NCBI RefSeq assembly: GCF_002428305.1
Contig: NZ_DIVJ01000023.1
Location: 108,489-172,488 of the forward strand
Direction of reading: 5' to 3'
DNA length: 64,000 nucleotides
Source of the DNA: Flavobacterium sp. UBA6135
GTDB taxonomy: Bacteria > Bacteroidota > Bacteroidia > Flavobacteriales > Flavobacteriaceae
The translations under genes were made by a program, and so were the position numbers. Position 1 is the first letter of the stretch, and each line of letters opens with the position of its first letter. The notes beneath the pieces are model-generated. The model did no database searches and was not told where the DNA came from. It worked only from the letters and a program-made list of their open reading frames with translations. Shown here piece after piece: positions 20,301 to 29,795 of the stretch.

Positions 20301-21055
20301 ACAACAATGATTTTGACTATAATCGTGTTCGAATTGCTTCGTATAAAGTCAATCCCGGTTTGGTTTGGACAAAAAGCAAAGCAACCACTCTTACCGCGAA
20401 AGCTCATTTTGAAGCGTATCAAGTAGAAAATACTGCAGACCGTTTTATATCTGAAACTCCTATAAATTCAAGAGTTTTTAACTTTCAATCTTTTGCAGGA
20501 GCCGGATTGACCTATCAGTTTAAAAATTATGACAATGCTTTCGTTCCGTCTTTAGGAATGGGATTTAATGCCAATGGGAAATGGATTATGAATATTTCTG
20601 ATTTTTCCCGACATGTTCCAACGGTTGAAGCAGCCTTAAATTTGGTTTACAAATTAACCCCCAACAAAGAATGGATTTTTGAAACCACATTAAAAGGAAA
20701 ATCTATTTTTAGTGATGATTTTGAATTTTATCAAGCCGCTTCTTTGGGTGGTGATGAAGATTTACGCGGATTTAGAGACAATCGTTTTTCAGGTAAATCG
20801 GCCTTTTTTCAAAGTTCTGATTTGCGGTATTTTATTGGTCAAATAAAAAATCCGTTTGCACCTATAAATTATGGAGCTTTTATTGGTTTTGATTACGGAA
20901 GAGTTTGGTTTCCTGCTGAAAACTCAGATAAGTGGCATCAATCTTCCGGTTTCGGTTTGTGGTTGAATAGTAGTAATGTTGTGGCTGCAAAGTTATCTTA
21001 TTTTCATGCTACAGATGGAGGTCGGATTGCGTTTGGGATGAAGTTTAATTTTTAG
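17342..21055 (+). CDS. Lipoprotein with degenerate metallophosphoesterase domain, kinase-like middle region and C-terminal Omp85/BamA-type barrel
   Basis: Lipobox ITSC; LGDNIF, THHP, SGHEQ; LDMLIGDWDRQAKNW; LRGFRDNRFSG barrel loop-6 motif; terminal Phe. Confidence 0.8.
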   Translation: MKVIQNKMTSRTVRQFILFLLFVGLITSCTSYKTQMGSQATSFFNNQSLDTTSIVYSVFLTGNAANTLNDGASPMLTNFKKRLEAASTKSSLLFLGDNIFPLDGFGENRRLAEEKITKQLDLTEKFKGNVYFIPGEKDWGNGVVNLTAQENFINNYKKKTSQLIPKNACGIAFISLSNDVELVAINSQWFMEDWDKHTEINSGCPIKTREQFFEELDDFLQQNPQKTILLATHHPLMSNGIYGGHYSLQQQIFPLEKNIPLPVVGSFYNLFRKASGTNPQDLQNINYKEMNDRMKSIVQKYQNVIVVSGHEQNLQYINKDGIQQIISGSGAHFTEARAVNPKDFSYGGNGYAVVDIYANGASTVSYYTTSNRKEVLLFKQKISEPESEEQHRNYPKQFDSEIKRSVFGKSVSRKSDVYQFLWGKHYKKYYKQNIAIQTATLDTLFGGLKPLGLDTEHATNSLLLVDKNGKEFVMTPLEKDANSFFKSIAYKNDTSKNQATNALSEDFLRDYFTTIHPFTPLVIPTLSKAIQVSASQPGLYYIPNQNLLGKYNTDFGGALYYVSPKTNATQKSNPNFGKPTSIIDTDEMLHLIRTNKNHKLDKENYIRARLLDMLIGDWDRQAKNWRWGVYQENNNVIYRPIPINRDQAFAKYDGAFIRLLKTIPAMGQMHSYSYNHSNPKKFNEQAYALDLALLSSVDEKLWVEQAKFIQENLTNNIINKAFLKLPYELQDETTTKLKLNLRNRIKKLPQTAQHYQKILDKKVLVVGTMENDVFVINRLSGGRTTVVVYNGKKIPANIIFERTFYKNQTKEIWLFGLEGKDEFSMEGNESKAIKIRLIGGLSQDSYLVEDGKKVKIHDFTSNASTILADGKTTVLLSNNYETNTYNYKRPKFNTFSVVPLLGFNPDDGIRTGLGFDFTQKGFLGNPYSQKHRLQTNYYFATQGYDLAYSGLVKKAFGDYDFVIDASATSSNFVMNFFGFGNETSNDNNNDFDYNRVRIASYKVNPGLVWTKSKATTLTAKAHFEAYQVENTADRFISETPINSRVFNFQSFAGAGLTYQFKNYDNAFVPSLGMGFNANGKWIMNISDFSRHVPTVEAALNLVYKLTPNKEWIFETTLKGKSIFSDDFEFYQAASLGGDEDLRGFRDNRFSGKSAFFQSSDLRYFIGQIKNPFAPINYGAFIGFDYGRVWFPAENSDKWHQSSGFGLWLNSSNVVAAKLSYFHATDGGRIAFGMKFNF

Positions 21056-21252
21056 GTTTTAATTTTACAACATCTGAATTTAAATTAAAAAAGAACACCG
21101 ATTGTTATAATTGGAGAAATTGAAATAATCAGTTTTTAATTTTTAAAATTTCTTGAATTTCCTAAATCTGTGTTCAAAAAATTAATATTCCCTTCATAAT
21201 CAAAAATGCTTTCTTTAAAATTGATTTTCCATCTTTGTAAAAATCCTTTCCC

Positions 21253-21999
21253 ATGAAACCAAATTGTTATTTGTTACTTATCTTAGCTTTGACATTCATC
21301 AATTGTTCTAAAATGAAAAAACCACTTAACATTGGTCATAGAGGTGCATTGGGACACGAAACCGAAAACACAATTGCTTCCATTAAAAAAGCATTGGAGT
21401 TGCATGTGGATATGATTGAAATTGATGTTTTTTTGATTAAAAGTGGCGAGTTGGTTGTTTTTCATGATGAAATTTTAGACAGTTTAACCAATACTCCCGG
21501 GAGAATAGAAGATTTTACTTTTGAAGAATTACAAAAAGTGATTGTGAAAGGAAATCATCACATTCCAACGTTAGAAGAAGTAATTGAAACGATTGACAGG
21601 AAAGTACAGCTTAACATTGAATTGAAAGGAAAAAACACAGTCCAACCGACTTTTGAATTATTGAAAAAATGCTATCAAAAAGGATGGAAAAAAGATGATT
21701 TCGTTATCTCTAGTTTTTTGTGGGAGGAATTGGAAACCTTCAGAAAATTGGACGATAAAATTTCCATCGCCATTCTTACTGAAGAAAATCCGATAGCTGC
21801 GATTTCCATTGGGAAAAAATTAAAAGCCGTTGCCATCAATCCGTGGTGGAAAACCTTGACCAAAGAAAACGTGCATCAAATTCATAACGAAGGATTTAAA
21901 ATTTTTACGTACACCGTGAACGAACCATCCGACATTAAATTTGTAACCGAATTGGGTGTGGATGGAATTTTTTGTAATTTCCCCGAAAGATTACACTAA
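21253..21999 (+). CDS. Glycerophosphodiester phosphodiesterase
   Basis: IGHRGA..ENT, EIDV, HD, NIELK, YTVN, DGIFCNFP. Confidence 0.92.
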   Translation: MKPNCYLLLILALTFINCSKMKKPLNIGHRGALGHETENTIASIKKALELHVDMIEIDVFLIKSGELVVFHDEILDSLTNTPGRIEDFTFEELQKVIVKGNHHIPTLEEVIETIDRKVQLNIELKGKNTVQPTFELLKKCYQKGWKKDDFVISSFLWEELETFRKLDDKISIAILTEENPIAAISIGKKLKAVAINPWWKTLTKENVHQIHNEGFKIFTYTVNEPSDIKFVTELGVDGIFCNFPERLH

Positions 22000-23207
22000 T
22001 GTATGATGTCCTGATTGTGGGTGGTGGAGCAGCCGGTTTTTTTACTGCTATTAACCTTGCCGAAAAAAATCCTAATTATAAAATAGCTATTCTCGAACGC
22101 GGAAAAGATGTGCTCACAAAAGTGCGTGTTTCGGGTGGCGGAAGATGCAACGTGACGCATGCGTGTTTTGTTCCGAATGATTTAGTAAAATTTTATCCGC
22201 GTGGCGAAAAAGAATTGCGTGGTCCGTTTCATCAATTTTGTTCCGGGGATACAATTGAGTGGTTTGAAAAACACGGCGTCGAATTAAAAATCGAAGAAGA
22301 TGGACGCATGTTTCCCGTTTCCGATTCTTCGCAAACAATTATTGACTGTTTTTTGAATGCCACTAAAAAACACAAAATTGAAATCCTAACCGGACAAAGT
22401 GTGCAGTCTATTTTTCGTTCAGAAGATCATTGGAAAGTGGAAACCAATCAGCAAACTTTTCGTTGTGAAAATTTAGTAATGACAACCGGAAGCAACCCGA
22501 AAATTTGGGAAATGTTGGAGAAATTAGGCCATACCATTGTTCCACCTGTCCCTTCCCTATTTACTTTCAACATCAAAGACAAACGAATTAAAGATTTAAT
22601 GGGTGTTTCTGCTTTTGCAACGGTGAAAGTCCAAAACTCTAAACTTGAAGCTTCGGGCCCACTTTTGATTACGCATTGGGGAATGAGCGGACCCGGTATT
22701 TTGCGACTTTCTGCATGGGGGGCACGAGAATTATTTGATAAAAATTACCAATTTGTTTTAGAAGTCAATTGGCTCAACGATGCCACTTTAGAAGCAACCG
22801 AAAACCAGTTGAAAGATTTAAAATTGGAACATGCCAAAAAAGTAGTCGTCAAAAAATCACATTTTGATTTCCCGAATCGCTTATGGGAAAGTTTGGTTGT
22901 TGCTTCAGAGATTTCTCCAGAAACAAAATGGGCGGATTTATCTAAAAAACAACTTCAAAATTTGGCTTTGCAATTAACGAATGGAAAATTTCAAGTAAAC
23001 GGAAAAAGCACTTTTAAAGAAGAATTTGTCACCGCCGGAGGAATCGATTTAAAAGAAATTAATTTTAAAACTATGGAAAGTAAATTACTTCCAAAAGTAT
23101 ATTTTGCCGGTGAAATTGTAAATATCGATGCGATAACTGGTGGATTTAATTTTCAAAATGCGTGGACAAGTGGGTTTATTGTGAGTGAGAGTATTAATAA
23201 TGACTAG
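21999..23207 (+). CDS. HI0933/YhiN(BaiN)-family flavoprotein
   Basis: GGGAAG, SGGGRCNVT, THWGMSGP, VTAGG, GGFNFQNAW. Confidence 0.92.
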   Translation: MYDVLIVGGGAAGFFTAINLAEKNPNYKIAILERGKDVLTKVRVSGGGRCNVTHACFVPNDLVKFYPRGEKELRGPFHQFCSGDTIEWFEKHGVELKIEEDGRMFPVSDSSQTIIDCFLNATKKHKIEILTGQSVQSIFRSEDHWKVETNQQTFRCENLVMTTGSNPKIWEMLEKLGHTIVPPVPSLFTFNIKDKRIKDLMGVSAFATVKVQNSKLEASGPLLITHWGMSGPGILRLSAWGARELFDKNYQFVLEVNWLNDATLEATENQLKDLKLEHAKKVVVKKSHFDFPNRLWESLVVASEISPETKWADLSKKQLQNLALQLTNGKFQVNGKSTFKEEFVTAGGIDLKEINFKTMESKLLPKVYFAGEIVNIDAITGGFNFQNAWTSGFIVSESINND

Positions 23208-23255
23208 ATTAAGTCCTTTTTATTTTATATATTTGATTATCCTAAACGATAAACT

Positions 23256-25526
23256 ATGAAAAAAATTTACCTCCTATTATTATTATCTTTTTCTGTTTTA
23301 CAAGCTCAAACCACTTTAGACAACATCAATATATGTAGTAATAATTCACCTGTTAGTGTAAATTTGACTACAAAAAATGCTGAAATTTTAGGAGCAAATT
23401 CACCAAATGATTATACTATATCTTTTCATTTGAGTAATGTAGATGCTTTAGCTAATTTGAGTCCGATTAACAATCCTACATCTTTTATAGTTTCCTTTGG
23501 TTCAACAACTATTTTTGCCAGAAGTTCAAATAATACAAATAGCACTTTTTATATTGAAAGTTTTACCGTTTTTGCTGGTGCAAATCCTATCATTAACAAT
23601 GCTACTTTAATATGGTGTGACCCGACCGCACTCCCTATATTTAATTTGGAAGACGCTAGTCAACAAATCACAAATGGGATCTCAAATTTAATTGTAACGT
23701 TTCATGAAACCGAGTCAGATGCAATAATGGGTGTAAATCAAATCACTTCATCTTTTTATTCACCTGTTGTACCGCTGACTCAAATTTTAAGTGTTCGGGT
23801 TACTGACCCAAATACGGATTGTTTTAGTATCACAACTTTAACATTGACCACTAACAATTGCGATACATCCTGTACAGCTCCTGACCAATTAACTGCTGCT
23901 AATATAAGTGATACCAGTGTTCAATTGAATTGGAGTTTAACAACTAACTCTTCATTTATTTATCATGAAATATTGATTCAATCATTAGAAAACAACATGA
24001 CCTCTACTTTTGTTGTTCAAGGAAATACATCTTTTATCTTAACCGGCTTGATTCCAAATTCTTGCTATACAACTTCAGTAAAAACAGTATGTGATGTTGG
24101 CTTTTCAAGCACTTGGTCTGAACCTTTTTCTTTTTGTTTAATGGATTGTACGAATAATGCTCAATGTGCTGAACAAATTATCTTAAATGCATTTTTGGAC
24201 ACCAATGCTAACGGAGTTAAGGATTCTGGAGAACCAAATTTCATTCATGGTTCTTTCACGTATCAAGTTAATTCAGGAGATGTCATTTCTGCAAATGGTT
24301 CAAGTGGTACTCATAGTATTTTAGTTCCGGATGTAACAAACAGCTATACTTTAAATTTTCAAATCAATCCTGAATACTCGTCCTATTTTTCTACTTCAAC
24401 AAGTTATACAAACATCAGTGTAGCAGCTGGAAGTGGATCCACCACGTATTATTTCCCAGTTACTTCTCAACAAAATTTTTCAGACGTACAAGTGAATGTT
24501 ATTGGGAACAATCAACCAAGACCAGGATTTACCTATAGCAACACCATTATTTACAAAAACAACAGTTATCAAAGTGTCCCTTCAGGTACAATCACTTTTA
24601 CAAAAGACCCCGCTGTAACCATTACCAATATCTCTCAAAGCGGAGCTACACCTACGGCTAGTGGATTTACCTTTGATTATACCAATTTAGCTCCATTTGA
24701 AACCAGACAGATTTTAGTAACAATGCAAGTTCCGGTGATTCCAACTGTAAATTTAGGTGATATTTTAACCAACAGTGTTACGATTACGCCAAGTCCCGAC
24801 ACCATTCCTTCAAATAATGAGTCAAGTGTTTCGCAAGTGGTGGTGGGCTCTTATGACCCGAATGATAAAATGGAATCAAGAGGCCCTGAAATTGACATTG
24901 ATACTTTTACAACTAATGATTATTTATATTATACCATTCGATTTGAAAATACAGGTACCGCTTCAGCAGAATTTATAAGAATTGAGGATACGCTTCATGC
25001 TGATTTGAATCCGGCAACTTTTGAAATGATTCATGCCAGTCATACGTACAATGTTACTCGTAATGGCAATGAATTGGTTTGGCACTTTTTTGATATTGAT
25101 TTGCCTCCCACCATTGAAGATCCAATTTTAAGCCAAGGCTATGTTCATTTCAGAATAAAACCAAATTCCGGTTTTGCTGTTGGAGATATTATTCCAAATA
25201 CTGCGGAGATTTATTTTGATTACAATCCTGCGATTATTACTAATACTTTTGAAACAGAGTTTGTGGAGACATTAAGTATATCTGACTATGTGGTTTCCGA
25301 TTTATTAATTTATCCAAATCCCGCATCTGATATTTTGTATTTCAATTCAAACAATACAATAAAAGATATTACAGTTTACGATCTGTTGGGAAATGAAATT
25401 TTGCTTAAAAAAGTAAATAAAAATCAAATGGATTTAGATGTTGCAAACTTAAGTAAGGGAATATATATTATTAAAATTATAAATCCTGACAATACAGAAC
25501 ATATCCGAAAATTTATTAAAAAGTAG
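23256..25526 (+). CDS. T9SS type-A cargo protein (fn3-like region, conserved 'SYDPNDK' C-terminal module, CTD)
   Basis: Signal peptide; SYDPNDKM, YTIRFENTG, NTAEIYFDYN; CTD IYPNPA...YIIKI. Confidence 0.88.
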   Translation: MKKIYLLLLLSFSVLQAQTTLDNINICSNNSPVSVNLTTKNAEILGANSPNDYTISFHLSNVDALANLSPINNPTSFIVSFGSTTIFARSSNNTNSTFYIESFTVFAGANPIINNATLIWCDPTALPIFNLEDASQQITNGISNLIVTFHETESDAIMGVNQITSSFYSPVVPLTQILSVRVTDPNTDCFSITTLTLTTNNCDTSCTAPDQLTAANISDTSVQLNWSLTTNSSFIYHEILIQSLENNMTSTFVVQGNTSFILTGLIPNSCYTTSVKTVCDVGFSSTWSEPFSFCLMDCTNNAQCAEQIILNAFLDTNANGVKDSGEPNFIHGSFTYQVNSGDVISANGSSGTHSILVPDVTNSYTLNFQINPEYSSYFSTSTSYTNISVAAGSGSTTYYFPVTSQQNFSDVQVNVIGNNQPRPGFTYSNTIIYKNNSYQSVPSGTITFTKDPAVTITNISQSGATPTASGFTFDYTNLAPFETRQILVTMQVPVIPTVNLGDILTNSVTITPSPDTIPSNNESSVSQVVVGSYDPNDKMESRGPEIDIDTFTTNDYLYYTIRFENTGTASAEFIRIEDTLHADLNPATFEMIHASHTYNVTRNGNELVWHFFDIDLPPTIEDPILSQGYVHFRIKPNSGFAVGDIIPNTAEIYFDYNPAIITNTFETEFVETLSISDYVVSDLLIYPNPASDILYFNSNNTIKDITVYDLLGNEILLKKVNKNQMDLDVANLSKGIYIIKIINPDNTEHIRKFIKK

Positions 25527-25676
25527 CCCAAAAAAGGAACAATCAGCAAACCCAAAAAATATAACTTTTTTGGGTTTTTTTGTTTATTAATACTCATTTG
25601 TCATTTATACTGCAATCTTTTTAGGCAATCTTTGAGAAAAAATCATTATTTTTGATACAACCTACATAACCAAACT

Positions 25677-27629
25677 ATGAAAAAAACACTACTCTTTTTG
25701 CTTTTACTAGCAACTACATTTCAAGGATTTTCCCAATTTTATGAAGGCTTTGAAGGTGTCACCTTTCCGCCTCCGGGTTGGTTGATAGCTGATAATGGAA
25801 TTGGCACTTCATATTCTTGGGAAAGGACAAGCATCATAACATCACCACCCTCCGTATTTGAGGGCAATTTTGCTGCCTATATGACACGTGATCAAAATGG
25901 TTTAGGAAACACCTCAGAAGATTGGTTAATTATGCCTCAAATGCTCGTAAATAATATTAGTTCGCTTTCTTTTCAATCAAGAAGCACATTATCCGGGAAT
26001 CAAGGAACATTATATCAAATTAGGGTTTCAACAAATTCTGAACAATCAAACTTAGGAGCCTATACTATTTTAGAACAATTCACAGAGAATGAATTAAGTA
26101 GTGTTTATAATATTTATGAAGAAAAAATCATTTCATTAAGTGCCTTTGAAAATCAATCTGTCTTCATTGCTTTTGTGATGGTATTTACTCAACCCTCTAG
26201 TGCTCTTGGAGGAGACAGATGGCTTTTAGATGCCGTTTCTGTTTCATCTACTACTACTATTGATTTTATAACTTTAGTTTCATTTTTAGACTTAAATAAC
26301 AACGGAGTTCAAGATAACAACGAACCAAATTTTAGTTATGGAACTTTTCAATCACAACTAAATTCTGAAAATCCAACTTATGGTAACTCCTCATCAGGAA
26401 CTTACTTAGTCTTTTTTCCTACAACAACTTTTGTTTATTCATTCAGCTATGTTATACCATCGTATTTAAACGCTTATTATGCTTCAAATGCAACATTCAC
26501 GGGTACAATAAATCCAAACGACTCTTCTTCTTTTGTGTTGTATTTTCCCATAACTATTTTGCAAAACTATAATGATGTAAGTATTTCATTCATTAGTAAT
26601 TCAAACCCAAGGCCTAATTTACCCTATATTAATACACTAACATATAAAAACACAGGACAATTTGTACAAGAAACAGGAACTATAACTTTTACAAAAGATC
26701 CTGCTGTAACAATAACAAATATTAGTGTTGATGGTACAATTTTAACGCCAACTGGATTTACTTTTGATTACATTAATTTACAAATAAATGAAACAAGAAG
26801 TATTACTGTAACTATGCAAGTTCCAAATTTACCCATTGTCTCAATTGGAGATATACTAACCAACAGTGTCTCAATATCACCATTTACTGATGTTATTCCA
26901 GCTAATAATCTAGCTTCAATTTCTCAAGTAATAACAGCGGCTTATGACCCGAACGATAAAATGGAAAACCATGGGCCAACAATTAATATTGACGAATTTG
27001 GTGCAGATGATTATTTATTTTACACCATTCGATTTGAAAATATTGGTACTGCTTCAGCTGAATTAGTTAGAATTGAAGACGCATTAAATTCTAGCTTAAA
27101 TACATCAACTTTTGAGATGATTCATGCTAGTCATGACTATAATGTCACCCGAAACGGCAATCAATTAACTTGGAATTTTTATGATATTGATTTACCCCCA
27201 ACAAGCCAAAATCCAGATTTAAGTCAAGGATTTGTACATTTTAAAATCAAACCAAACCCTGGTTTTGCAGTTGGAGATATTATTCCGAATACCGCAGAAA
27301 TTTATTTTGATTACAATCCAGCGATTATAACAAATACCTTTGAAACGGAGTTTATCTCTGTTTTAAGCGTTACTGATAAAGAGCCTTTTTCTGTTGCAAT
27401 TTATCCAAATCCATCAAATCAATTCGTTTATATAAAACTTGACCGTACAACAGACGCCCTTAAATCAATTGTCGTCTTCGATGTTTTAGGAAAGCAAATT
27501 GTTTCAAAAGAATCTTTACATACATTTGAATCAACCCTTGATATTGGTCATTTAAATGCCGGAACATACATTCTTGAAATAGTAACACATTCCAATTTAA
27601 AAACAACAAAAAAACTAGTAATAAAATAA
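25677..27629 (+). CDS. T9SS type-A cargo protein with cleaved-adhesin-like N-terminus; paralogue of 23256..25526
   Basis: EGFEG.TFPP.GW and DWLIMP motifs; same C-terminal module; CTD IYPNPS. Confidence 0.88.
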   Translation: MKKTLLFLLLLATTFQGFSQFYEGFEGVTFPPPGWLIADNGIGTSYSWERTSIITSPPSVFEGNFAAYMTRDQNGLGNTSEDWLIMPQMLVNNISSLSFQSRSTLSGNQGTLYQIRVSTNSEQSNLGAYTILEQFTENELSSVYNIYEEKIISLSAFENQSVFIAFVMVFTQPSSALGGDRWLLDAVSVSSTTTIDFITLVSFLDLNNNGVQDNNEPNFSYGTFQSQLNSENPTYGNSSSGTYLVFFPTTTFVYSFSYVIPSYLNAYYASNATFTGTINPNDSSSFVLYFPITILQNYNDVSISFISNSNPRPNLPYINTLTYKNTGQFVQETGTITFTKDPAVTITNISVDGTILTPTGFTFDYINLQINETRSITVTMQVPNLPIVSIGDILTNSVSISPFTDVIPANNLASISQVITAAYDPNDKMENHGPTINIDEFGADDYLFYTIRFENIGTASAELVRIEDALNSSLNTSTFEMIHASHDYNVTRNGNQLTWNFYDIDLPPTSQNPDLSQGFVHFKIKPNPGFAVGDIIPNTAEIYFDYNPAIITNTFETEFISVLSVTDKEPFSVAIYPNPSNQFVYIKLDRTTDALKSIVVFDVLGKQIVSKESLHTFESTLDIGHLNAGTYILEIVTHSNLKTTKKLVIK

Positions 27630-27638
27630 ATAGAACTT

Positions 27639-27669
27639 AGGGATTAAAAAAAATTTAATCCCTTTTTTT
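27639..27669. terminator. Bidirectional terminator
   Basis: AGGGATTAAA/TTTAATCCCT stem followed by a T-tract. Confidence 0.7.
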
Positions 27670-28171
27670 ATGAAAAGAAAGCACCTCGATATTCCCAAAA
27701 CTTCACCAAAAATATTCCTAAAAAAATCACCGAAATCACAAATTTCATAAACGTTGAGGCCAAGAAACCCATAAAAGAACCGGTTGCTGCTTTAAAAGCT
27801 TTTTTCGAATCTTTAGAATCATTCAACAGTTCCCCAACAAAAGCACCCACAAACGGTCCGATGATAAAGCCAAAAGGAATTGGAGCCAAAATACCAATCA
27901 CTAAACCAATATTGGTTCCCCATATTCCGTATTTGCTTCCGCCAAAACGTTTGGTTCCTTTAGCTGGAATAACGTAATCGAGAATACCGACAACAAGTGC
28001 AATGGCTAAAGTTACGCCCAAAACAGTGTAATTCATTGGAACGGCTTTGGTCAAATATAAAAGCAACAAACCTACCCAACTGATGGGAGGTCCGGGTAAA
28101 ACCGGTAAAATACTACCAAGAATACCAACTATCATTAATATGAAAGCAATGAGTAAAAGTGCGTAATCCAT
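27668..28171 (-). CDS. DUF456-family membrane protein
   Basis: LPVLPGPP, GGSKYG, GPFVGAFVGE motifs. Confidence 0.85.
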   Translation of the reverse strand: MDYALLLIAFILMIVGILGSILPVLPGPPISWVGLLLLYLTKAVPMNYTVLGVTLAIALVVGILDYVIPAKGTKRFGGSKYGIWGTNIGLVIGILAPIPFGFIIGPFVGAFVGELLNDSKDSKKAFKAATGSFMGFLASTFMKFVISVIFLGIFLVKFWEYRGAFFS

Positions 28172-28230
28172 TAATAATTTTATTACTTTTGATATATCAA
28201 AAATACGTGTTGTTTTATTACAAACGAAAA

Positions 28231-28707
28231 ATGAACAAATTTCTTTTTTATTCTTTTTTTTTCCTCTTGGCCTCCTGCCAATACTTTGAAAAGCGTGTGC
28301 CTTCCGAAGAAGAATTGCTTCAGGAACGCTTAAAACAAATTGATTGGAAAGAAGTTACTGATTATCCCTCTGTAAATGCTTGTGATAGTTTACTGGATAA
28401 AGAGCAAAAAAAGGCGTGTTTCTTTCAATTTTTGACTGAACTAATTCAACAGAAAATCGCAACAGATTCAACAGAAAATAGTGCTGAGATCTTTGACACC
28501 TTAAATGTTTTGGTCACTGTTTTTCCGGATGCCAACATTACATTTGAACCTCAATTCCCGTCAGATAGCACCAATTACAATAAAGCTAAAGTTGATAGCA
28601 TTCTTAAAAACAGACTCACAGATTTCCCTAAAATCGAACCCGCTCAGAAAGAAGGAATTCCAGTAAAAACACAATTTATTTTACCTATTCTTTTAAAAGC
28701 GGATTAA
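28231..28707 (+). CDS. Conserved hypothetical lipoprotein (TonB-C-terminal-like tail); ATG 28231 preferred to 28159
   Basis: Lipobox LASC; C-terminal PAQKEGIPVKTQFILPI. Confidence 0.75.
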   Translation: MNKFLFYSFFFLLASCQYFEKRVPSEEELLQERLKQIDWKEVTDYPSVNACDSLLDKEQKKACFFQFLTELIQQKIATDSTENSAEIFDTLNVLVTVFPDANITFEPQFPSDSTNYNKAKVDSILKNRLTDFPKIEPAQKEGIPVKTQFILPILLKAD

Positions 28708-29795
28708 GAATTGAATGTTCTCCCCTTCCACTCATAGGTTCCAAACAAAGAATACAATGCAACGGCTGAACTGAAAAACGGATAAACTAAAGCCGTCAAT
28801 AAAGTATTCTTCATTTTTATTTTATAAAATCGTGCGGTTTGATTGGCTACTAGTAAATCAGAAATGACTTTTAAAAGAAGTAAAATTATCATTTCATAAA
28901 ACCCAAAGAAAAGTAGAAATAAGGAAATGATAAAAGCTAAATTTCCTAAAAAAACTGTCAACGCCACAAATTTTCCGAAACCGGATGAATACGCTTTTGA
29001 TTTTCCGGCCCAACGAATGCGTTGCTGAAAAAGTTCTGTCCAACTTTCTGCCGAATTGGTTGTAACATGAAAATCTTTTTTGAGTAAAAATCCAACTTCA
29101 TCCGGAAAATTTTTAACAGCTTTTTGCAATAAAAACACATCGTCACCACTAGCAATTTTGTCATTTCCATCAAAAGCATTAAGTTGTTTATACAGATTTT
29201 TGGAATACCCAAAATTAGCTCCATTGCACATGAAAGCTAGATTAAAATCAAAACTACCTATAGTAACGGCTTGCAAACTAATCATTTCAATTTGCTGAAA
29301 GTCATTGAGAAAATTAGATTTACTTTTAAAAAAAACCGGTCCGCAAACCATTTGTTTTTTCGTGTTATGAATGTAATAATTCAAATCCAAAAGCCAGTTT
29401 TCAGGAACTATACAATCAGCATCGGTGGTGATAATCCAATCAAATTTTGAATGCTGAATTGCAGTTTGAATCGCATCTTTTTTTGGTGAGTTAGAAATTC
29501 TTTGATTCACAATCATTTGAACTTGAAACTTGAAACTTGAAACTTGAAACTTTTCCATCGACTCATCATCAACTAAAATCACCTCAAAATTTTCAACCGG
29601 ATAATTTAATTTTTCAATCGATTTTAAAAGAAATGGAAGATTTACAGCTTCATTTCGAAATGGAACAACAATGGAGTATGATAACTTTTCAGCGGATGAA
29701 TCTTCATTGGATTTTGGCACTTTTTTAAATCCCATCCAAAAGAAGAGCATCAAAAAAACATAAACCGAAATCGCTAAAATTAGTAAATACATCAT
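28704..29795 (-). CDS. GT2 glycosyltransferase, membrane-anchored
   Basis: VPFRNE, VDDES, TTDAD, NGAN, SGDD, QRIRW motifs. Confidence 0.92.
   Translation of the reverse strand: MMYLLILAISVYVFLMLFFWMGFKKVPKSNEDSSAEKLSYSIVVPFRNEAVNLPFLLKSIEKLNYPVENFEVILVDDESMEKFQVSSFKFQVQMIVNQRISNSPKKDAIQTAIQHSKFDWIITTDADCIVPENWLLDLNYYIHNTKKQMVCGPVFFKSKSNFLNDFQQIEMISLQAVTIGSFDFNLAFMCNGANFGYSKNLYKQLNAFDGNDKIASGDDVFLLQKAVKNFPDEVGFLLKKDFHVTTNSAESWTELFQQRIRWAGKSKAYSSGFGKFVALTVFLGNLAFIISLFLLFFGFYEMIILLLLKVISDLLVANQTARFYKIKMKNTLLTALVYPFFSSAVALYSLFGTYEWKGRTFNS
29517..29550 (-). repeat. Heptamer tandem repeat (GTTTCAA)x4 plus one degenerate unit, inside the GT2 CDS
   Basis: Encodes FQVSSFKFQVQ in frame. Confidence 0.95.

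Noticed and set aside
25170-27345. Near-identical blocks in the two T9SS paralogues as a DGR template/variable repeat pair (Avd-like gene nearby)
   Set aside because: Differences in the block compared are synonymous third-position changes, not adenine-specific. Both copies are coding, and there is no reverse transcriptase in the window.
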